Under the pieces are notes generated by a model. The model was given only the letters and a program-made list of their open reading frames with translations. It was not told where the DNA came from and did no database searches. Positions 41,229-54,240 of a stretch of 64,000 nucleotides of DNA are shown piece by piece (the first letter of the stretch is position 1; the number at the start of each line of letters is the position of its first letter). This stretch comes from Octopus vulgaris (lineage: Eukaryota): positions 12,710,001 to 12,774,000 of the forward strand of contig OX597826.1 in the NCBI GenBank assembly GCA_951406725.2. The letters are read 5' to 3'. The translations under genes were made by a program, and so were the position numbers.

Positions 41229-42299
41229 CGCTATACATTTATTCATTCATTTATTTATTTATACGCATGTACGCACATAAAATATATGCATACATATAAG
41301 CAAACATGCATCAATAGAGAAGTAAAGTTTATAGTTTAAACAGGATTGCAATCTCAATTTATCCTCAAAGACAACTTTTACTTTGTTGAATGGTAAATTT
41401 TCAGCAATAATCACTCACACATACACAAATATACGCGTACATAATGTATAAATCCATACATACCTACGTGTATACATACACTATACACTCGTAATTACAT
41501 CTATCAGACTTCCTAAATGACTGTTTATTCTCCTGCTCACATTCACAGAAGAAACACTTTATTCTCATAAGTGTAGCGATATTTATCTCAAACTTGAATA
41601 TAATATAACCACAGACGTTACAAAAAAAAAAAAAAACCCTTCACTGGACAATCATAATTTCAGCAACACAGGAAAAGAACCGAGGGAAAACAACATCGTA
41701 AAAGTATGTAGAATGTTATTAGCTGTAATTCTAGAATAGATCGAAATTCTAAATTATGCTTTTGTTAGAGTTATGAACTCAGTAATAACTTGTATAATTG
41801 CTGTAAACTAGCAAAGGATTCCTCAGCTGTCTGTTAAATAGAATTAACTTATACTAAAATGAACTTCAGACAGCACTAAATTATTTCATCACATGCAATA
41901 ACGCTAGCAAGCAACATTTTTTCTAACACTAAGGAGCAATTTGCTGCTAGAAAGTAATTTCTTGCACAAAATTTAAGGCAGCACTCACATAACAATAAAT
42001 AGACATTTTTTGACGAAACATACATTTAGTATTTATGAGAATATGTGCTATAACATCAAACTCTGACTGCTAGTATGATAATAGGCGTACTAAGTGCTAG
42101 GTGAGCTCATATATAAGGAATTGAAATTTGTATCCGAGGAAATATTTCAATGAAGAATTATTCCATTTATAAAACTCTTATTTCATTACAGAACATTTAA
42201 AACTGGTAATGATAATGTTGCTAAGTGATATAGGGGCATAAATATTAGTGAGAGAATATAAGCCTCACAATTTGAGCAAATAATTCTCATTTTATAATC

Positions 42300-43210
42300 C
42301 CTTTTCACAACTTTCAAGTAGTATGTTAAAAGATCTTGAAGATGTAAGCAATAATAAAATCTAAAAAATTAAAACAAGGATCATAAGAAGAACATGGATC
42401 ATAAGAAGAACATGGATCATAAGAAGAAAAATCGATAATCTACTGAAGATTCTCATTTATACAGCGATATTCAACAATGGCAAACAGTAAAATAACTACA
42501 CTTACTACAAACAACGTTTAAGAACTGTTTGGTAATTGTAAAGCAAGAGCACTTAAGCATAAACTGATCCTCTTCAAACAAACCTTAAAAGCCGTTATTG
42601 AGAAGTACGACCATCAGAAAAAGTTAGATGAAAGAAAATTAACTAAGAATAATAGCCTAGAGTGCAAAAGAAAACAATTCAGGAGAGAAATTCTCCAGAA
42701 AGAGGTTTGGCTATCAGCTACAACTCCTAAAATTTAAATTTCTATTGGTGTGGAAGTCTTATCGACCTTTATCAGCAAGCTCTCAGTGACGATGTACATA
42801 TGCTTAGCTGGCTTGTAAGGCCAGAAGCAAGTTTGATGTCAAAGGACAAAGCCACTCACAAGGCAAAGAACTATCTCAGCACATTGAAAACCTAATATGT
42901 AACATATATGATCCCCGAGTAGTTCGGCACACAATAAATCAGTGACTTACAAGCTGTTTGCTGTACCTGTAGGAACATGTAAGGCACTCGATTAGATGTT
43001 AGATAAGATCTGAGTCACTGACATTAAAACCTGGATACTTTTACAACTAGGAATTTTCACTTCAATAATAAAGACCGTCTCTTCATAAACAAAAAACATG
43101 TAGGCAAAAGTATAACAATGCTTGAAACATACTACGAATATAGCTTAATTGTTCTTCAAGAACCTTCACTTACCAAAGTCGATGTGCATTCATCGAGCAA
43201 ATATTCATAT
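42300..43210 (+). mobile_element. Highly degenerate R4/Dong-like LINE remnant
   Basis: NKSVTYKLFAVPV and NKDRLFINKKHVGKSITMLETYYE resemble the NK..AIN.FAVPV and DRLY..R..GGRGL motifs. Left boundary uncertain. 18-bp triple repeat at 42378-42428. Confidence 0.5.
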
Positions 43211-43382
43211 ATAAAATAGGAATTAGAAAGATCATCGGGAAGGTACTTTCTAACTGATATACACAACCAGAAAAAAAACGTTATTCTACAGTAACACATC
43301 AGTTGAAATACAGTTTTATGCGTATCCCAAAAAGTTCTCGCATAGCTGTGTTGTGAGAAAACATTCATAATAAAAGTGTCAT

Positions 43383-43643
43383 AATCATCATCATTGTTCG
43401 ACCGTGGTCGAGACAATGGAATTTACTATGTTACGCCAGACTTCACGGTCTATCATAGCATTACGGATGTCCTGTTGCTGGATGCCTGTATCCCTGGAGA
43501 TTACATCAGAGTAGGAGAGTGTGCGCCCTCTGGTATCATGAGCAGATGGCTTCCAGAGGAGAAGAGTAGAAATTACCTCGTTTTCAGCTCTACAACAATG
43601 TCCAGCAAACTGGACTCTCCTACCTTTCACAAGAGATGATACA
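43383..43643 (-). mobile_element. 5'-truncated RTE-clade LINE 3' end with (GAT)n tail
   Basis: RRVQFAGHCCR...DREVWRNIVNSIVSTTVEQ* followed by gatgatgat. Confidence 0.88.
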
Positions 43644-44041
43644 GAATATTTGCCTGATGAATGCACATCGACTTTTGTAAGTGAAGGTTCTTGAAGGACT
43701 ATTAAAGCTATATTCGTAGTGTTTCAACCATTGTTATGCTTTTGCCTACATATTTTTGTTTATGAAGAGACGGTCTTTTCTATTGTCATGATAAACCACA
43801 GTAGTCTTCGATCAACAAGATTCATATTGGGTCTCTTATTAATGGTATTGTTTTTGAAATCCAGGAACAGAAATAGCAACAAAATACCTGTTGCAGAAAA
43901 AAAATAGCGATGCTAATATAATAGAATCGATGTAGACTGTAGAACTAACATCGAAGATCTTGTCTGTATTTTGAGTAGGCGTTCCAGAATATCCACCATA
44001 TTTGTGACCAGTTCATTGGGAAAAAACTAACAGGTAGCAAC

Positions 44042-44190
44042 TTAGCGGTTCGGTAAAAGATACTGATGAAATAAGTACCAGGTTTAACAAAAATAAAAAA
44101 AAGAGAAATAAGTACTGGGGTCGATCCGTTCGGCTAGAAACAGCCAAGGTGGTGCTCCAGCATGGCTGCAGTCAAATGACTGAAACAAGA
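44042..44190 (+). mobile_element. SINE family B, 3' portion
   Basis: cttagcggttcgg...ggtgctccagcatggctgcagtcaaatgactgaaacaag. Confidence 0.8.
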
Positions 44191-44972
44191 AAAATATAAA
44201 GATAATGATAGTCCTTACTGACGAGATACAAAAAGTGAGAGTGATGTAGAAGGTATATTCATTCCTAAACAAAATTGTTGCTTTGTGGCTATCTGACCTT
44301 CTCCAAAATCTAGGCACAACTGACAAAGTACGAGATGTGTGTCAGAGAAAAAAATGTGCCTTGCAGTAGAGATTACTTATCCCACTGACATTAAAATAAT
44401 GTTAGCGATAAAAGAAAACGTAGTTTAGCTATGTTGAATTAATGAAAAATCTGCTGAGGCTACAAATAAATAATAAATGCTAATCTATATATTTGAATAT
44501 ATATATAACGTTGTTTTATATATTTAGAAAAAATTCATCTTTAGCATACATTTTTGGAGGCTGCGTCTCGCAAAACCAAAGAGGACACAGTTGATTAAGA
44601 AATTATAATTACAAGCCATCACTATAACTTTAAAATGTCTGCAATATTCAGTAGTATAGCCTGTAGTATTTATGTGTACAAGGATATTTACAAACAAAGG
44701 TATGATTGTATATATGCTTAAATGCATATAAATACGTACGTAAATGCATATAAATAAAATAAATCAAAACACTTCACTTTGCTGGATCACATAGCAATGA
44801 CGTGTATTCAAATATATACATACATTCTACATAGGTGTTTAGGTATGGAGCATGCGTACATACACAGACATAAAGGTATAAGTATATCTAAGCATACACT
44901 AATGATTTATAATTATACTTTCAAAGTGTTTATACACATATAAGTAGATGTAAATGCCTATTAATATATATG

Positions 44973-45016
<44 letters not shown>

Positions 45017-45445
45017 ACATATACATACATATATAAATATATATATATATGTATATGTATGTATATACGCATATATATATATATGCGTATATACATACAT
45101 ATACATATATATATTTATATATGTATGTATACACACACACATATATATAGGCATTTACATCTACTTATATGTGTGTAAACACTTTAAAAGTATATTTATA
45201 AATCATTAGTGTATACTTAGATATACTTATACTTTTATGTCTATGTATGTTCGCATATGTACATACATACGTACGCACATACGTACTCTCTAACACACGC
45301 GCACCTTCGTTTTGGGGTCACTACTACTTTGTTATCTCCCCTACTTCTTCGTTCTCCTGTGTGACCCTTCTGTCTGGCATTCGCCATGATAGATCGGTAG
45401 CCTCTGCACATTCTTTACTTTCTCTCCTTGTTTCTTTCTGTGTTC

Positions 45446-45481
45446 CTTTTTGTAGAAGAGCGTAGGCTCGAAACGTAAAAG
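45446..45481 (+). ncRNA. Degenerate minimal hammerhead motif
   Basis: CTTT-TTGTAGA-A-GAGC-gtag-GCTC-GAAA-CG-TA-AAAG; stems intact, core mutated. Confidence 0.55.
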
Positions 45482-45573
45482 TCTTTTTCAATTCCCGAGC
45501 GTTATACTAATACATCTGTTTGTTTTCTACACCACCTGTCTTCGTCTTTTGTTTTTTCGTGAATTCTCCCTAC

Positions 45574-45605
<32 letters not shown>

Positions 45606-46710
45606 ATAGCAAATAAGAAAATGGAGGAGAACAATAGGTGGTCCACACAACTTTTGGACATTAAATTATGTTAACTTATATATATATATATACATGCAAT
45701 TCCTACATAACATACACGCATACACGAGCGCTTATGTTCATATATGCAAACATGCATATTGCATAGATGTGAGAGTCATATTCTATATCAGTAAAATGCA
45801 AGCATTGAGTTGTTAAAAAATACGAAATACTATAACTCTGATGTTTGAAAGAGGAAGATACAAGTTATTTACATGAACAAACTAAATGCAAAACAAAACA
45901 TTTGACATGAGCGATAAATATTGCCTCTGTTCGTTTAAATATCAATAATGACTGCTAAGGAATTCAATAAATAATAATTACAGACTATTGGATTGGTTTA
46001 CTGGAACAGATAATGACAGTGATGGAGAGTTTCTATTGAAATGATAATCGAATAGAGTAAATAGCTGCCTATGAAGTTTTCTCTTGGTAACGATTCCTTT
46101 CTCCCTGTAGACATTCTCTTGCTTAATACTTAATACTATCCTTTAGTAATTTCTGTATGATAACCGAGTCTGTCGTAATGTATTCGTGTTTACGTGTGGC
46201 ATGAAAACAAGTGAAACAGAAAGATATTCAAATGATTGTGTTTTTGTAGAATGAGTGAGTCGTCTATTATGTAAAAGTAATATCTGTTTAAATTATACTT
46301 TAGTGCAAATTGAATGATGAAACGAAACCATTGAAGTCAGTATAGTGCCAAAATAGAAGTTAAAAAGCCCGCTGCTCGAATTTGGTCTGGCTTGTTCAGT
46401 ATTCAAATATCATATTCCAAGCTGCAACACACTGGTAGAATACACCAATGTATGCGACAGAATATAGACAACAAATCTCTTGTGTGGACGCCCCCAGACG
46501 ATGAAGTAGGCATGCCCGATACGTAGATATAGAGGGAGAAGCCTAGACGTCGACAGAGTAGTAGGAGTAGAGCAGAGTAGTAGAAGGTATCTGAACGTGC
46601 GACATAACAAAACCAAAGCTTTTCTTGACAGTTTTCCGACTAAATGAAAAAAAAAAAAGAGAAACAAAAATCATCTTCAAATCATATCCTGCCGCCCTAG
46701 ATAAGGATAC

Positions 46711-47125
46711 GGATCTTTTCGGTTTGAACGGCAGTTTTTTCTAGCGGTGTCCTATGAAATTGTCACCCATAATTATGACCCTAGTATCGATCTATTGCAT
46801 TTCAATCTATTTTAGGGTTAGGGTTAGGGGTGGGGGGGAGGGTATTTTGTTTCTTCAGAAATGTAAATAAACCCAATCTGTTTCTTAAACGAGGGACATA
46901 TTCATACGGCACAGAATGTTTTCACCTCAATGGACGTCATTGTTTGGTTGAAATTGCAGAAATTAAAGAAAAAAGAAGCAAGTATCTTACAAACTATAGA
47001 ATTTTCTCAATAAAACCGAGAGAAAAAGATGTTTTATAAACACATTCTACCAGTATGCGAAATTTAAAAGTGTTTAGTTACGTGGAAATTATTTTTAAAA
47101 ACTGCCGGTCAAACCGAAAAGATCC
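46711..47125. mobile_element. Non-autonomous TIR DNA transposon (Merlin-like?) with internal TTAGGG repeats
   Basis: 29-bp TIRs ggatcttttcggtttga(a/c)cggcagttttt (28/29 match); flanks aaggatac / aaagatcc (6/8). Confidence 0.88.
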
Positions 47126-47353
47126 AAAGATCCATGTTACTTGGTTCACTGATTAGTTTAGTCTTTCCAGAAAAATATATACGGAATGGTTACGACTGAA
47201 ATTCTTTTAGCCATGCATTTGCTTCATTGAGCCAGTCTGTGACTAAACTACAAAACAGTGCATTAAACTAACAAGATTATAAGTCGGAAATTGGTTGGCA
47301 AGTACATTACAGGAAAAGGAAATGTTAGGTTGTATAATAACCGCATACATATA

Positions 47354-47520
47354 GGCGCAGGCGTAGCTGTGTGGTAAGAAGCTTGCTTCTCAACCACATG
47401 ATTCTGGGTTCGGTCCCACAGCGTGGCATCTTGGGCAAGTGTTTTCTACTATAACCTCGGGCCAAACAAAGCCTTGTGAATGGGTTTGGTAGACGGAAAT
47501 TGAAAGAAGCCCGTCGTATA
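47354..47520 (+). mobile_element. SINE family B, 5' half
   Basis: Head through gaagcccgtcgtata; interrupted within its internal TA tract. Confidence 0.85.
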
Positions 47521-47728
47521 TATATTTGTAAATAAGGATAAGATCGACATTATCAAGTGGCCAGCATGGGAATAAAAACCTTACAAAGGTAATAATTATT
47601 TAAAACTATAAATTAGGGTATCTGAGAGATACCACCACGCTGAAATAGCAGTCAAGATCTGACCCTAAAGCCACATTAAATGTTCATATAGCGTAGTGGT
47701 ATCTCTTAGATACCCTAATTTATCGTTT

Positions 47729-47772
<44 letters not shown>

Positions 47773-47774
<2 letters not shown>

Positions 47775-48145
47775 GAAGGTTGAAAAGTAACACACGAGTT
47801 GATATGTATAAGGAAAATAAGACAAGGTAGAAAATGCTAGAATATTTTAGTACCGGTTTAAGTCTTCGTGACTTTTCCAACATAGAGTAAAGCATGAAAA
47901 ACAATTAAATTGTGGAAAAATTAAATGAAATGTTTCTTTAAAGTATTTCCATACTTTTCAATTGCAAGGAACATTTTCCTTTTTTCTGCCTGTCTCTGTC
48001 TTTCTTTTTTACTCTTGTGAGTTGTAGGTCGTGCGCGGCAGGTAGTAGTAGTTTGATATGAATTCTTGCTTTTGATTCTTTAAGCAGCAGTAGTAGTTGA
48101 GAAAGGAGGCGGCGGCGAAGAATAAAGAAAGAAAGAAAGGAAGAG

Positions 48146-48180
<35 letters not shown>

Positions 48181-48480
48181 ATAATAAAAATGCGAGAGTG
48201 GTATGGCAGGAATCCTCTTAAATGGTCAAGTGACCTAAAAGTGACCCGTTGTGGTTGTAATAGTAGTGATTGGAATTGTTCTGAATAAATTCATGCGAAG
48301 TGACTGTTCTGAATACGTCGTTTTTAATGCTTGCGTTGATATTATTCTAAGGCCCTTGTGATAGTGTCATTTGTAGTGGACGCTTTCAAAACGGGTTTAT
48401 ATCTTGTGATAAAGTATGACTCTTTACCAATGCACTGACTACAGGTTACAACGTCCCCGAATTGAAAAGAAACAAAGTTA
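47773..48480 (-). mobile_element. Penelope-like element 3' remnant
   Basis: Minus strand KESYFITRYKPVL resembles the GIY-YIG C-terminal helix (E..FI..yKP.LN); decayed hammerhead at 47851-47880; ends at (CA)n. Confidence 0.5.
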
Positions 48481-48781
48481 TCTGGTGCTGTTTATCCATC
48501 ATGGAAAAACAAATGTCTGTAAAACATGCTCTGGAACATTTAGAAAACGATATTACATAAGACAAATACGTGTCTACATATAATAACTGTTGATGAAACG
48601 ACAAATGCAGAATGTGTACGCATGAATGTGAAAGAGAATGAGAGAGAGTCAATAAGTGATATCCAAAGACGCTCGATATAGGAAACACGTAATAATGCTC
48701 AAACGATTTGAACTTAATCTCTGAAATCTTTATCGTGGACTAATTCCGCGGGGTAAGAGTGACTAAATATGCATACACACT

Positions 48782-49265
<484 letters not shown>

Positions 49266-49587
49266 GTTTCTTTATTGGCCACACAGGGCTGCACACAGAT
49301 GGGACAAGTTACAAGGTAGAGCTTTTCTTTTGGGGGATGAAAAAAAGGGGGTGGCGTAGGTTTTCGATCAAGAGGGATCGTAAAAGGGAAGAAAAGAACA
49401 AAAAAAAAATTAAAAAATAAAAAAAACAAAAATAGAATAAAAAATAAAAGGAATAAAAGAAAAAAAAAGAAAGGGAAAGGAACAAAAGAAAAGAGAAATG
49501 AAAAAAGAAGAAAAAGGGGGAAAAAAGGGGAAGAGGAGAAAAAAAAAAGGAACGATCAATAGGGATCGTGTATCACAGTGTTATGAT
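49266..49587 (-). mobile_element. LINE-like 3' UTR inserted in (TATC)n
   Basis: Ends ggccAATAAAgaaact-(tatc)n on the minus strand; two cgatccct.ttgatcg hairpins; T-rich tract; homologous to 2277-2395. Confidence 0.6.
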
Positions 49588-49620
49588 ATACGGTGTAAAG
49601 AAAGATAGATAGATAGAAAT

Positions 49621-49717
<97 letters not shown>

Positions 49718-50132
49718 ATGTAAGCACCATAGCTTAAGCGTATCATATAAAGAGGAGTAAGAAAGATGGCTTCTTATTGACATTAGAGATATATGACGTA
49801 GACTTCACAAACGTTTAGTCCGAGCTCCTCAATTCTGATATTCGGACAATGATGAAAATTAAAGCATAAAAAAAAATTCGCTGTAAAATATGGAAGAAAG
49901 TAATCCTAATGATTGACAATATAAACCATCATATAAAAATAGTGTAATTTGGAGAGGGGTAAAATTATACTAATGAGAGCATGTAAATTTGTAAGCGAAG
50001 AAGATATATTAATGGGAAAAGGCAAAATATTTTTACGATTAGATGTTTGTAAAATTATCTTTAACGTCATTGACTTCTTAGGTGAATAAATATAGGCTGT
50101 TCTATGTTTTTCAACATATTCATTCACGTGAA

Positions 50133-50500
50133 GGCGGCGAGCTGGCAGAAACGTTAGCATGCTGGGCGAAATGCTTAGCAGTATTTCGGCTGCCGCTACG
50201 TTCTGAGTTCAAATTCCACCGAGGTCGACTTTGCCTTTCATCCTTTCGGGGTCGTTTAAATAAGTACCAGTTGAGCACTGGGTCGATATAATCGACTTAA
50301 TCGACTTAATCTTGTTTGTCCTCTTTGTGGGTAGTAAAGAAATAGGTATTTCGTTTGTCTTTACGTTAATAACTCAAATTCCGCCGAGGTCGACTTTGCC
50401 TTTCATCCTTTCGATTAAGTACCAGTTGCGTACTGGGGTCGATCTAATCGACTGGTACCCTCTCCCAAAATTTCGTACCTTGTGCCTAGAGTAGAAAAGA
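50133..50500 (+). mobile_element. SINE family A, dimeric
   Basis: Family match; TSD-like flanks 50116-50130 and 50501-50515. Confidence 0.88.
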
Positions 50501-50525
50501 ATATTAATTCATGTGGAATACATAT

Positions 50526-50738
50526 TCTTTTCTACTCTAGGCACAAGGTCCGAAATTTCGAGGAAGAGGGCCAGTCGATTAGATCGACCCCAGTACGCAA
50601 CTGGTACTTAATTTATCGGTCCCGAAAGGATGAAAGGCAAAGTCGACCTCGGCGGAATTTGAACCCAGAACATAAAGACAGACGAAATACCACTAAGCAT
50701 TTCACCCGACGTGCTAACGTTTCTGCCAGCGCGCCGCC
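50526..50738 (-). mobile_element. SINE family A, monomer
   Basis: Family match; TSD a(t/c)gtggaatacatat at 50511-50525 and 50741-50755. Confidence 0.9.
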
Positions 50739-51214
50739 ATACGTGGAATACATATAAGCACTAGCGGCAGTTATTTGGGTGTACGTAACTAAAAAGTAAA
50801 CACTTCGAAGTATGTCTACATTAATTTCACATCTGTGATCAACATTTTATAGAATTATTGCACTCACGTATATATCAACTTAGATTTTCGTATATACTCG
50901 TCCACGTGTGAGAGTGTGAGTGTGAGCATGTGTGTGTATGTGTATAGTCATATCAACTTGTTGCTTTGCATAATTCTATTTCCTATCCTATATTGTCAAT
51001 CACTCAGATATTACCCAACCAACTTCCCTTATAATATTCAGACCTTCTTACTGCATGCTTATTATATACGAAATTTGATGTTAACGTTTTCCATAATCAT
51101 CCGAAGATCAACTACTAAAGAATCTGAGTTACGAATTGTGAAGTTTGGCCTTTCAATACACTATACACACACAACCACCCCCACACGCAAATGTTTTATA
51201 CATACATACATACA

Positions 51215-51283
<69 letters not shown>

Positions 51284-51468
51284 GTATAACAATGTTATTT
51301 TATTCGACACGGGTAGAGACATAAGAAAAATTAGAATTTGAAATTGATTCTTTTTATTAACATATTTAAAGGTTTCACAGTTTATAATAATCTTCAAAGA
51401 GTTCAAATCGAAATACGTGGCTTATGTCGCAACTCTCTTCCTTCTGACTTGCCCTGTCTTTATAAAGA

Positions 51469-51990
51469 GTCGGTTGTGACCCCCTTCGGTCATGAATGAC
51501 CATGGGATTGCACCTAGGAAGTTACCCTCCGAGGCTCAAGTCTGGACAACGTTGTTTATGGAAGACCAGCAGTCGCCCATGCATACCGGCCTCCCCTCTT
51601 CACGTCACCGATGTTATCCAAGGGAAAGGCAAAGGCCGATACAGCTTGGCACCAGTGACGTCGCAGCTCATTTATTAACGTGCAAGTGGCCGAGCACTCC
51701 ACAGACACGTGTACCCTTAACGTAGTTCTCGGGGAGATTCAGCGTGACACAGAATGTGACAAGGCTGGACCTTTGAAATACAGGTACAACAGAAACAGGA
51801 AGAAAGAGTGAGAGAAAGTTGTGGTGAAAGAGTACAGCAGGGTTCACCCCCCCCCCCTTTTGTCGGAGCCTCGTGGAGCTTTAGGTGCTTTTGCTCAATA
51901 ATCACTCACAATCCCTAGTCTGTAAATCGAAACCGCGATCCTATGACCGCGAGTCCGCTGCACTAACCACTGGACCATTGCGCCTCCACT
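51469..51990 (-). mobile_element. Composite tRNA-headed SINE related to family C
   Basis: Minus-strand head gtggaggcgcaatggtccagtggttagtgcagcggactcg; 3' part shared with 61300-61365. Confidence 0.8.
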
Positions 51991-52914
51991 ATAGGGAGTT
52001 CATGGCTCAAATTAGTATATGTTTTGAACAGGATTTGATTGGTAGAAGATAATCACATGACTGCTTTTAGAAATTTTTGCAGATTCCCCGCTACGTCCGT
52101 GTGTTAGTATCAAGTGACAATGTTTGGCGTCGTAAGTTATCGAAACAAAAGTATAAGGATAAAAACGGTTGTCCAAACGTGAACATTTCTAAGATTCGAA
52201 ATAAAATAATTGAAAGTGGGTCATAGCATTTGATAACGTCAAAAATCATATTTTAGCTCTCTTTAGTTAGATTAAACCATTCGGTTATAACCATAACTAG
52301 AACTGGTTTTATGCAAGAAAAATGGTGTAGAATTCTCTTTTATCGCCAATTAACATTAGTTGGATAAGACATAATTTATTTCGAAATCATTAATTTAAAG
52401 ATTTAGTTTCATGAATTGATTTCATTATATTTTGATTCCATTCCATTCGAATACTATGGCAACGTTTAATTTATTTTTTAAAATTAATTATTTTTTCCTT
52501 AATTGATATTTTTATGTGGCTTTATTTATGCTACTGTTTCTCTTTCTTGCACGTTTGGTTTTTCATAATTTAATTTCACCGAAGGCGATGTTGGATATTG
52601 AGGATGTTGTTTCAATGTAATAGTTTTGCACTTTTGCGATTGATTGAAATATGTCAACAAGAAGAATTAAAACAAGTAATCGTGTGTGCAGACATGCGGT
52701 GGTATGTGTGTCTCCATGCGTGTATGTAAGTATATATCTGTATGAATGCTTGCATATATACATGTATATATATATATATATGAATATGTGTGTGTAAATA
52801 CACATAAGCACTGACACGCACGTAAGTGTGTGTGTGCGGGTTTCTTCTTTATCTTTTCCTCAATTTCTCTCAAATCTTCTAAATATTTTCTTGCAATAGT
52901 CTTGCGCTGTATAA

Positions 52915-53330
52915 GACGGCGAGCAGGCAGAAACGTTAGCGCGCCGGGCGAAATGCTTAGCGAGATTTCGTCTGCCGTTACGTTCTGAGTTCAAATTCCG
53001 CCGAGGTCGACTTTGCCTTTCATCCTTTCGGTGTCGATAAATTAAGTACCAGTCACGCACTGTGGCCGATATAATCGACTTAATCCCTTTGTCTGTCCTT
53101 GTTTGTCCCCTCTGTGTTTAGCCCCTTGTGGGTAGTAAAGAAATAAGAATCGTTAGAACGCTGACTAAGATGCTTGGTAGCATTTCGACAGTACTTACGT
53201 TCTGAGTTCAAATGCCACCGAAGTCGACTTTCCTTTCATCTTTTCGAGGTCGATAATATAAGTACCTGTTGAACGATCGACTTAACTCCCTCCTCCGAAA
53301 TTGCTGGCCTTGTACCCAAATTTAAAAGCA
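52915..53330 (+). mobile_element. SINE family A followed by a diverged second unit
   Basis: Family match. Confidence 0.85.
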
Positions 53331-54091
53331 GTAGTGTTCTATTGTACCCTCTTGTTCCTCTCTTGTTTACAAATTTCTTCCATTTTATAAGCATCACATA
53401 CCTATCGTCTTACATACACCTCCATCACTCCTGCACACGCCTCTACTCCTTACATGATTTCTTCACAAACACTTAACGATCCCACACCCACCCACACACA
53501 TACCAACAACCCACATCTCCATTAACCCACGTTATTATAGTTGGGTGTTTATACACAACTACTCATTTGCTCAAACACCAAAATCTACACACAGCCAATC
53601 TCTTCTTATACAATCTTAAAATACGGAAACAATTCGAAATGCACACATACGCACCTGCCTCTTGTTCCTTCTTAATTTCTCCACCAAAACATATCTCATT
53701 CCATTTTTGCCGCTGAACCCCCCTCACCCGATTCTTTCTCTTCTCAACCATTTCCCCCCTTTCACACTCCTTTACTTTTCTTCTATATTTTTCTTCTGGT
53801 GAAGAAGCAGTGTCCTAAAAGCTGAAACTTTTCTCTTCTTTTTCAAAAGATTAAACTAATATACATTTATTAAAACTTGTCATGACTATGCTCAATTGGT
53901 TATGGTCAAACAACTGACAAGCAAATCTGTGGTATTGAGCAGAATATTTGCTGTAGCCCATCATTTATACCAAGACAAAACAATGTACATGATAACACTT
54001 CCAATCAGTTAAGACAAGAAGCCATGAGAGCCACTGCCTGGTACTGCATCAGGTCACTGCTTGGAATCCAAGCAGTGACTTGAACACTAAC

Positions 54092-54149
<58 letters not shown>

Positions 54150-54197
54150 TCGAAAAATACCTTAGGAATGAGAACCCTGGTTTGAAATTTCCCCAAG

Positions 54198-54240
54198 ACG
54201 CCTGAAGAAGTTGGAGGGTATATTAGCCAAAACGTTGTGT
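54198..54240 (+). ncRNA. Degenerate minimal hammerhead motif in a short element after (AAT)n
   Basis: ACGC-CTGAAGA-A-GTTGG-agggtata-TTAGCC-AAAA-CG-TT-GTGT; G12 is mutated to A. Confidence 0.5.

Noticed and set aside
53786-53865. Possible decayed relative of the 45446 element
   Set aside because: Only vague similarity; stems not recoverable.
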